Shown here: piece after piece, positions 56,799 to 64,000 of the stretch | Layout of the letters: each line of letters begins with the position of its first letter | Position numbering within the stretch: the first letter of the stretch is position 1 | Assembly: GCA_964383805.1 (NCBI GenBank) | Contig: CAYLIM010000006.1 | Span: 158 to 64,157 of the forward strand | Length of the DNA: 64,000 nucleotides | Reading direction: 5' to 3' | Source of the DNA: an uncultured Acetatifactor sp. | GTDB taxonomy: Bacteria > Bacillota > Clostridia > Lachnospirales > Lachnospiraceae | Translations under genes and position numbers: made by a program | Notes under the pieces: model-generated | The model's database searches: none | What the model saw: only the letters and a program-made list of their open reading frames with translations | Told to the model about the DNA's origin: nothing

Positions 56799-58739
56799 AT
56801 GAACTGGTACAGATTTCTTCCGGCGCTCTTGAATATGAGCCTGACGGCCGGTGTGGTGACCCTGTTTGTACTCTTTGCCAGACTGCTGCTTAGAAGGGCG
56901 CCCAAAATATTTTCCTATGCTCTTTGGTATGTGGTGCTGTTTCGGCTGTTCTGCCCTGTGGCAGTGGGCTCTCCGTTTTCCCTGTTGGGCATGCTTGAGG
57001 TGCCGACAATGGAATCCCACAGCGCAGCATCGAGTATAGAGTATATCCCTGCCAACATAGTGCACACGGAATTTCCGGAAATCCAGATGCCGGTTCCCGG
57101 TGTAAACGATGTGGTAAACAGACAACTGCCCCAGGGGACAGAGCAGCTTGGCGCTGATCCCCTGGAGTTTCCAGTTACTTTTGCCACTTATATCTGGGGA
57201 GTCGGATTCCTGGCAATGGCGGTTTACAGTGTGATTGCCTATTTTGGAATCCGCAAAAAGCTCAAGGTGGTCATTCCGCTGCGGGACAATATCTTTATTG
57301 CGGACGATATCAAATCTCCTTTTGTAATTGGTTTCTTCCGTCCCGGAATCTATCTGCCCTGTGGTCTTGGCGGCAAGGAACAGGAATATATCATTCTCCA
57401 CGAACAGCACCATATCAGACGGCTTGACCATATTGTGAAAGCTTTGGCGTTTCTGGCTCTGTGCATACACTGGTTCAATCCTCTGGTCTGGCTGGCTTTT
57501 ATCCTTATGGGCAAGGATATGGAGATGAGCTGTGACGAGGCTGTAATCAGAAAAATGGGGGAGAATGTCCGGGCGGATTATTCCGCGTCTCTGCTGGCGC
57601 TTGCCACCGGACAGCGCAGGATTGCCGGTGCGCCCCTGGCCTTTGGCGAGGGCGATACCAAGGGAAGAATCCGAAATCTGGCAAATTGGAGAAAGCCTGG
57701 CTTTTGGGTGGTGCTGGCGGCTGTGGCCGGTTGCGCCGCACTGACGGTATGCCTGCTGACAAATCCGATAAGCGGTGATACCCAGGAGGGGAAAGAGGAT
57801 GAAACGGAAGGATTTTCCGAGGATGGCGGTGATGATGAGTCAGAGCCGACAGCGGCGTTAGTGCAGCTGACAATTGACGATGTGGCGGCTCTTTCGGAAA
57901 AGGGGGATGCCCTGTCCTGGTCGGATTTTGAGAAATATTCTTATATGGATGTCGGCTCCGGCCTGATTATCAAGCGTTATGAAGTGGATGAGACATTTTC
58001 GGTGCTTGTCGGCGGCAACAGTTTGGATCTTAAGCCCATGTATATCACCCTGAGTGCGTCGCTTGGGCCCCACAGTGGGGCAGACAATTCGGATAAACCC
58101 ATGCAGTCCGGGCATGGCAATCAGCAGGTTAATGGTGAGTTTGAGGAAATTGACATCCGCTATGAGGATGTTTGGGCATTTGTGGAGAGGATTTGGTACG
58201 AAACCAGCGCTGGAGGCACAGCAGATGTACAGGAGGTAAGCCCTAGTGCCGTCAGGTATCCGGATGTTCCCATGGAAATGTTGTTTGCCAGCGGCGCAGG
58301 GGCATGGGGAACCACCCTGACCCTGCAGCCGGACGGCACATTTACAGGCGAGTATTACAGTCATGAAAATGGAGAGAACACATCGGAGTACCCCTATGGG
58401 ACAATCTATATCTGCCGGTTCAGCGGCCGGTTTAGCGAGCCGACTCAGACAGGTGACTATGCCTTTTCCATGTATCTGGAAGAACTGACAACAGAAGAAC
58501 CGGCGGGCAGAGAGTGGATTGAGGAAAATATTCGCTATATTACCGCGGGGCCTCTGGGAATAGAGGACGGCGAGGAATTTATCCTCTACGCTCCCGGCAT
58601 ATCGGCTGATGAGCTCCCAGAGGAATTTCGGGGCTGGTGGCCTGGTGACTGGCGCTGGCGAAATGGGGAACTGAGCCAGCTGGACCGTTGGGGCCTGTGC
58701 AATGTGAACACCGGACAGGGCTTTTTTGAACATGAATAG
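56799..58739 (+). CDS. BlaR1-type M56 metallopeptidase sensor with non-PBP extracellular domains
   Basis: TMs, SPFVIG..RP.IYLP, HEQHHIRR.D, HWFNPLVW, EMSCDE. No recognisable penicillin-binding domain in the C-terminus. Confidence 0.88.
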   Translation: MNWYRFLPALLNMSLTAGVVTLFVLFARLLLRRAPKIFSYALWYVVLFRLFCPVAVGSPFSLLGMLEVPTMESHSAASSIEYIPANIVHTEFPEIQMPVPGVNDVVNRQLPQGTEQLGADPLEFPVTFATYIWGVGFLAMAVYSVIAYFGIRKKLKVVIPLRDNIFIADDIKSPFVIGFFRPGIYLPCGLGGKEQEYIILHEQHHIRRLDHIVKALAFLALCIHWFNPLVWLAFILMGKDMEMSCDEAVIRKMGENVRADYSASLLALATGQRRIAGAPLAFGEGDTKGRIRNLANWRKPGFWVVLAAVAGCAALTVCLLTNPISGDTQEGKEDETEGFSEDGGDDESEPTAALVQLTIDDVAALSEKGDALSWSDFEKYSYMDVGSGLIIKRYEVDETFSVLVGGNSLDLKPMYITLSASLGPHSGADNSDKPMQSGHGNQQVNGEFEEIDIRYEDVWAFVERIWYETSAGGTADVQEVSPSAVRYPDVPMEMLFASGAGAWGTTLTLQPDGTFTGEYYSHENGENTSEYPYGTIYICRFSGRFSEPTQTGDYAFSMYLEELTTEEPAGREWIEENIRYITAGPLGIEDGEEFILYAPGISADELPEEFRGWWPGDWRWRNGELSQLDRWGLCNVNTGQGFFEHE

Positions 58740-58750
58740 GAGGACACAGG

Positions 58751-59521
58751 ATGCTTTTAAAGTTTATCATTTGTTTTCTGGCGGGAATAGGGGCCGGTCT
58801 CGGCACCGGGTTTGCGGGCATGAGCGCCGCCGCGGTGATCAGCCCCATGCTTATCACTTTTCTGGGACTTCCCGCCTATGAGGCGGTGGGAATTGCCTTG
58901 GCAAGCGATGTCCTGGCCAGCGCTGTCAGCGCCTATACCTATGGAAAAAATAAAAATCTGGACATCCGAAACGGCCTGGTGATGATGGTTACAGTGCTGC
59001 TGCTCACCCTGGCAGGAAGCTGGGTGGCAAGCAAGGTTCCCAACACCACCATGGGCAGTTTTTCTGTCTTTATGACTCTGCTGCTGGGGATCAAATTTAT
59101 CGTAAAGCCGGTTATGACCACCAAGGAGTCCATGAACAGGGTCAGCGGGAAAAAGCGGATTATGCAGTCAATTATCTGCGGTACGATGGTGGGCTTTATC
59201 TGCGGTTTCATTGGAGCTGGCGGCGGTATGATGATGCTGTTGATTCTGACCAGCGTTCTGGGATATGAGCTGAAGACTGCGGTGGGAACCAGCGTTTTTA
59301 TCATGACTTTTACGGCGTTGACCGGCTCAGTCAGCCATTTTGCCATCGGGGGTATGCCGGATCTGTGGTGTCTGATCTTTTGTGTGGCCTCCACACTGCT
59401 TTGGGCAAGGATCGCTGCCAAATTTGCCAACAAGGCCAGCGCAATCACTCTGAACAGGGCCACAGGCGTGGTGCTGGCAGTGCTGGGAGTCGCGATACTC
59501 ACCGTAAATTATATCAGGTAG
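58751..59521 (+). CDS. TauE/SafE-family (TSUP) permease
   Basis: GFAGMSAA, GFIGAGGG, KTAVGTS, about 8 TM segments. Confidence 0.85.
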   Translation: MLLKFIICFLAGIGAGLGTGFAGMSAAAVISPMLITFLGLPAYEAVGIALASDVLASAVSAYTYGKNKNLDIRNGLVMMVTVLLLTLAGSWVASKVPNTTMGSFSVFMTLLLGIKFIVKPVMTTKESMNRVSGKKRIMQSIICGTMVGFICGFIGAGGGMMMLLILTSVLGYELKTAVGTSVFIMTFTALTGSVSHFAIGGMPDLWCLIFCVASTLLWARIAAKFANKASAITLNRATGVVLAVLGVAILTVNYIR

Positions 59522-59551
59522 GAAGAAAGCGCCGGAATATCCGAAAATATC

Positions 59552-59582
59552 TTGACTTAAAGTATACTTAAAGATATATAAT
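59552..59582 (+). promoter_or_regulatory. MerR-type promoter/operator
   Basis: TTGACT-N19-TATAAT with the dyad CTTAAAGT-AT-ACTTAAAG (59556-59573) in the spacer. Confidence 0.75.
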
Positions 59583-59622
59583 ATGTTTATGCGAGACCCC
59601 AAACAGGAAAGGAGTAAGGCAT

Positions 59623-60507
59623 ATGGAAAAAGCAAAAGTATATTTCACGAGGGAGATCACGCCGGAAACAGTGATTAAGATGTACAGAGTACTGGGAAAG
59701 GAGCTGCCGGGGAAGGTGGCGGTGAAGGTACATTCCGGCGAGAAGGGCAACCAAAATTATCTGCGTCCCCAGTTTATGCGCCCCATGGTGGAGGCGGTAA
59801 ACGGAACTATTGTGGAGTGCAATACCGCCTACGATGGAGCCAGAAATACCACGGACAAGCATAAAAAGCTGATGGTGGAGCACGGCTGGGCCAGATACTT
59901 TCAGGTAGATTTATTGGATGCGGAGGGGCCTGATCTGGTGCTGCCGGTTTCCGGCGGCAAGGTGCTGAAGAAGAATCTGGTGGGCAAAAATATTGCAGAC
60001 TATGATTCCATGCTGGTGCTGTCCCACTTTAAAGGACACCCCATGGGAGGCTACGGCGGAGCCTTGAAACAGCTCTCCATCGGCTGCGCTTCCAGCGCGG
60101 GAAAATGTCTGATCCACTCCGGCGGCGTGACCGATGACCAGAATGTGGTGTGGAGCCGTGTGGCAGAGCAGGATACATTCTGTGAGGCCATGGCGGACGC
60201 CGCCGGGAGCGTTATGGAGTATTTCAAGGGGAACACGGCGTTTGTCAACATGATGTGCAATCTGTCCGTGGACTGCGACTGCTGCGCCGTGGCGGAGGAT
60301 CCCTGCATGAAGGACATCGGTATCCTGTCCTCCATAGACCCGGTGGCGCTGGATCGGGCATGTATGGATCTGATTTATCAGTCAAATGACCGGGGCCGGG
60401 ATCATTTCCTCCAGAGGGTAGAGTCCAGACACGGCACTCATACCATAGACGCAGCGGCGCAGCTGGGATATGGGACAAAGGAGTATGAGCTGGTCTGTAT
60501 GGACTAA
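59623..60507 (+). CDS. DUF362-family putative Fe-S protein
   Basis: VAVKVHSGE, ECNTAY, SHFKGH.MGGYGGALK, VDCDC, SIDPVALD. Confidence 0.85.
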   Translation: MEKAKVYFTREITPETVIKMYRVLGKELPGKVAVKVHSGEKGNQNYLRPQFMRPMVEAVNGTIVECNTAYDGARNTTDKHKKLMVEHGWARYFQVDLLDAEGPDLVLPVSGGKVLKKNLVGKNIADYDSMLVLSHFKGHPMGGYGGALKQLSIGCASSAGKCLIHSGGVTDDQNVVWSRVAEQDTFCEAMADAAGSVMEYFKGNTAFVNMMCNLSVDCDCCAVAEDPCMKDIGILSSIDPVALDRACMDLIYQSNDRGRDHFLQRVESRHGTHTIDAAAQLGYGTKEYELVCMD

Positions 60508-60605
60508 TGTGAGGGGAATGTATGGTCAGGGACTTCGACGTGGCGCGGGGTAAGCCTGGCACAGGCAGCGGCGCGCGAAAAGCAGGAAAGCGCGGGAGGG
60601 AGAAC

Positions 60606-61964
60606 GTGGAATACAGAGGAAGAAAGTGCATGATAAATATGCTTTTTCTGATTGCCGCCCTGTCTCTGTGTCTGTGCGGCTGCAGCGAGAGCGCCGAGGA
60701 AATTCCTGTTGATTTTCCCTTTTATGAGACCGAGGGATTTACACTTACGTTGGTTCCCCGCGGGGAGGGCGCAGGGGAGTATTTGCTGCTGCTCTGTGAT
60801 GAAGACGGGCAATCCCTGCAGGAAGTTCCCTGCGGCAGGCTTACAGAGCCTGTGACCTTCTCCTATGACGGCGTGGGCTATGGGCACTGGAGGGATTTGG
60901 AGATATTTTCCTCCGGCTCCGATACGGGATTGCTTTTTCTGTGGAAAGAGGAGCGTTTTTCAGAGAGACCGATTGAGATCCCCAGATATATGGAGATTCG
61001 CAACGGGGCCATGCTCACTGTCACGGAGGACGGGGAGAGGCAGGAAAAGCGTATTTATCAGTTGAATGAATTTAAAGAGCGGGCACAGGAGGTTCGCAGC
61101 TGGAGCCTGAGCCGGGACAGCGGTACGCTCAGGATATGGGACAGTCTGAGGGAGCAAAGTCTGTATGAGGGGAACATAGCTCTGAATGAAGAGGGCGAAC
61201 CGCTGAATCGGGAGTATTTTGATTACCTTTTCTGGCAGAACCGCGATCTGCTGTGGGATTATTCTGCCGATCCCGCTGTCAGGACATGGCTGATTGATGA
61301 GGGACAAGCAGCGGAATATGGGAGCCGTCAGGCGTTTTTGGACAGCTGCGGTTATGCGCAGGAGCCCCCTTTCTATCAATACTATGACAGGTTCGGAAAT
61401 CTGCAGCTGGAGTTGTATCTGGATGAGGAGAATCAAAAATACTACGGTATCACTTATCTTAACGACATTAACTGTGACGGGGAAAATGTGGCGAACCTGC
61501 TTGGATTTACCACATATGGTATGGGGAAAGGGCAGTGGGAGGAAGGGGAGGTATACTCTCTGCTGTCTGTGTATGGAACCTTCAATCCGGCAGAGGGATA
61601 CCAGAAGAATGTGGAGTATACAGAGAGCGGAAAGCCGGATCGTGTTCTGTATGAAGGTCTCATGGAGGACTGTGGGGTAGAGTATCTGGGCAATGTGGCG
61701 GAAATTAATTACATATACCGGGAGGACGGCACACTGTTCTGCCGGGATTATCACCATGACGCCCGCACCTTCAGCTCCACGCTCTGCGGCCTGAACAGTT
61801 TTTTTGACGAGAGAGAGCGCCTTGTATATGAGTGTGGATATATCACTCATGGTTCCCTTGAGTACTACTATATCTATGAGGATGACATGCCTGCCTACTG
61901 CCTGTGTCTGGACTATAACGGGGGATGTGTGTTTGCGGACATGGTGCGGCTGTCACCGCGGTAG
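60606..61964 (+). CDS. acidic Tyr/Glu-rich lipoprotein, function unknown
   Basis: Lipobox LCGC. GTG follows GGGAGG (alternative ATG at 60630). Confidence 0.7.
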   Translation: MEYRGRKCMINMLFLIAALSLCLCGCSESAEEIPVDFPFYETEGFTLTLVPRGEGAGEYLLLLCDEDGQSLQEVPCGRLTEPVTFSYDGVGYGHWRDLEIFSSGSDTGLLFLWKEERFSERPIEIPRYMEIRNGAMLTVTEDGERQEKRIYQLNEFKERAQEVRSWSLSRDSGTLRIWDSLREQSLYEGNIALNEEGEPLNREYFDYLFWQNRDLLWDYSADPAVRTWLIDEGQAAEYGSRQAFLDSCGYAQEPPFYQYYDRFGNLQLELYLDEENQKYYGITYLNDINCDGENVANLLGFTTYGMGKGQWEEGEVYSLLSVYGTFNPAEGYQKNVEYTESGKPDRVLYEGLMEDCGVEYLGNVAEINYIYREDGTLFCRDYHHDARTFSSTLCGLNSFFDERERLVYECGYITHGSLEYYYIYEDDMPAYCLCLDYNGGCVFADMVRLSPR

Positions 61965-62054
61965 CTGGGAAGAAAACAAAATTTAATGGAATTGCGCGTG
62001 CATGTGTGCTAAAATATTCACAAAGAAAAAATGTTTACGAAAGGAAGGAAAAAA

Positions 62055-62435
62055 ATGAAATTGAAACCAAATGAAGTGGCCGAGTGGGAGGAAACTTTGA
62101 GAAAATTGGAGTATATGAGCGATGATGACCACATTATTGAACATACGCAGGGTGATTTGTGGGAATGGATGTCGCAGACCAGGGGGAATTTTTTCTTTAC
62201 GAATGAGAAGTTCATCTTTATCGGCGGTCTGTTGGGTGCCAGTAGCTTTGTCGTTAAGTACAGTGATATCAAGGAGCTGAAACTTGTCAATGTGGGTGGT
62301 TTGATTCCGTTGGTTCCGACGGGAATAATGGTGATTTGCCAGAATCCCGAAAACGGCAAGATGGTGAAACATAAGTGTTCTGTTATGAAGAGGAAAGAGT
62401 GGCTCGAGTATCTCAGCGGAAAAGCGGGATTGTAA
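62055..62435 (+). CDS. small hypothetical protein, possibly PH/GRAM-like fold
   Basis: RGNFFFTNEKFIF and YSDIKEL resemble GRAM/bPH patterns. Confidence 0.6.
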   Translation: MKLKPNEVAEWEETLRKLEYMSDDDHIIEHTQGDLWEWMSQTRGNFFFTNEKFIFIGGLLGASSFVVKYSDIKELKLVNVGGLIPLVPTGIMVICQNPENGKMVKHKCSVMKRKEWLEYLSGKAGL

Positions 62436-62476
62436 GTATAAAGACCGTCTGCCGCAGAAAGAGAGGTATATTTGGT

Positions 62477-63967
62477 ATGTTGGTCAAAACGTCAGTCGTA
62501 TGCCTTTTTATGGTTCTGTATATGATTGGTTTCTATTACAGGAAACCCCATATTCCGGTCAAATCCACCATCATTTTTCAGATCCTCACCGGTATTGCCT
62601 TTTTAAATACATTGTTTGATTTGATTACGATTTACACAGTGAATCATAGGGACACAATACCTGATAAAGTGAATTTAGTTGCCCATATAATTTATCTGAT
62701 GACGATATTGGGATTTGTCTATTTCTTATTTTTATACATGAGGAGCTTTCTGGAAACGAGCCTGAGGTTTTCCGGGGCCTTGAAAGTATGCCAGAGACTG
62801 CCGTTTATTGTGTCGAGCCTGGGGATTCTGGTATTGCCCATCACCTATGTCCACGGAGTGACCACAGACTATTCCCTGGGGCCGAAAGCGTATGCACTGT
62901 ATGTCAGCCTCGTCATCTATCTGATCCTGATTCTGTACTACTGCCTTCGCTACTGGCAGTTTTTGGACGGGGAGAAAAGGCTGGCGATCATTCTTGCGTT
63001 TCCGATCTATGCGGTGGTGGCAGTGATTCAGATGATTTTTCCGGAAACCCTGATTGTGATTGTCGCCACGACCCTGATTATGCTGGGACTCATTCTGAGC
63101 AACGAGAATACGGAAAAATATGTGGATGAGAAGACGGCGCTGTTCAATCAGTATTCCCTTGAAACGGTACTGGCGGAGACGGATTTTAGGAAACAGAAAT
63201 TGTTTATAGCGGTTCTCTGTTTTTGCAATACGGAGAACAATTTTGACTGGAAACAGAACACTCAGATCCTACAGGATATACATAAGGAGATCAGGCAATT
63301 TCGTCTGCAGGGCTACCGCTGCTGCGAGAATGGAGTAGTATTTATCACCGGTTCGGGGGAAAAGGCGCAGATGGTGCTGGAGGAGATCAAGACCGTTATC
63401 GAGGAAAAATACGGGAAAGAGAACCTGCTTATTGAGACAAAGCTCCTCCCGGAGGAGAGTATTGGTACAAGGTATGACTGCATGCGCGGTATTATTGCTT
63501 TCTGTACGGATACGGGCAGCCAGTTTGCATATATCGATTATCTGACGCACATTTATAATCGTAATGCCTTTGAACGTGACCTGGCCAGTCTTAGGGAAAA
63601 CAGCGACGGCTGCTATATTATTGCGGATCTGAACGATCTGAAACTTGTGAATGATACGATAGGACATTCGGCGGGGGACGAACTGCTGCAGAGTTTTGCG
63701 CGTCTGCTTACGGATGCGGTGGGTGACGCCGGCAGGGTTTACCGCCAGGGCGGGGATGAATTTGCTGTATTGTACAATGGTGATGCCGGGCAGCTGCTCC
63801 ACAGGCTTGAGGAGCAGTGCGGTGCGCACAATCAGGTCTGCAACATTCCTGTCAGCTATGCCATCGGATACTGTGAGCTATGCGACAAGGATTTTCTGAA
63901 TGTGGCGGACAAAATGATGTATGCGGACAAAAAGAGAAAAAAGCAGCAGAAAAGAAATCAGGAGTAA
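62477..63967 (+). CDS. membrane-bound diguanylate cyclase
   Basis: N-terminal multi-TM region, DYLTHIYNR, DLNDLKLVND..GH..GD, intact RQGGDEF. Confidence 0.9.
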   Translation: MLVKTSVVCLFMVLYMIGFYYRKPHIPVKSTIIFQILTGIAFLNTLFDLITIYTVNHRDTIPDKVNLVAHIIYLMTILGFVYFLFLYMRSFLETSLRFSGALKVCQRLPFIVSSLGILVLPITYVHGVTTDYSLGPKAYALYVSLVIYLILILYYCLRYWQFLDGEKRLAIILAFPIYAVVAVIQMIFPETLIVIVATTLIMLGLILSNENTEKYVDEKTALFNQYSLETVLAETDFRKQKLFIAVLCFCNTENNFDWKQNTQILQDIHKEIRQFRLQGYRCCENGVVFITGSGEKAQMVLEEIKTVIEEKYGKENLLIETKLLPEESIGTRYDCMRGIIAFCTDTGSQFAYIDYLTHIYNRNAFERDLASLRENSDGCYIIADLNDLKLVNDTIGHSAGDELLQSFARLLTDAVGDAGRVYRQGGDEFAVLYNGDAGQLLHRLEEQCGAHNQVCNIPVSYAIGYCELCDKDFLNVADKMMYADKKRKKQQKRNQE

Positions 63968-64000
63968 AGAAATATGCATGGAATCTGGAAACTGGATAAT

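Overview
Bacterial chromosomal window whose gene content and Shine-Dalgarno/promoter style suggest a gut Lachnospiraceae/Clostridia genome (inference). In order it contains: (1) a FtsX/LolD ABC exporter and a partial OmpR regulator; (2) a porCDAB 2-oxoacid:ferredoxin oxidoreductase operon behind an Ile-specifier T-box leader with an atypical 3' half; (3) a split cluster of CooC-type ATPase, 2-hydroxyacyl-CoA dehydratase-family subunits, activase, a small membrane peptide and an acetyl-CoA-synthase-like fragment protein, interrupted by an Rpn nuclease and other genes; (4) an orphan pilB, a Gld-type ABC transporter and housekeeping genes (trmL, aminotransferase, Lrp, VanW-domain protein, galK, AKR, CapA); (5) an AT-rich self-contained cassette; (6) a type IV pilus operon with a highly structured leader; (7) an IS30 element; (8) a run of accessory genes (duplicated FliD-like protein, MATE, BlaI/BlaR1, DUF362 behind a MerR-type promoter, GGDEF). 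The best candidate for an undescribed system is the AT-rich cassette at 31853-36183: promoter, then a 53-aa basic peptide missing from the ORF track, an internal terminator, a 950-aa HExxH protein and a stand-alone SIR2 protein. Two families of hairpin intergenic repeats were also found. No CRISPR array, rRNA or tRNA was seen. All family assignments are from motif recognition by eye; no database search was run.
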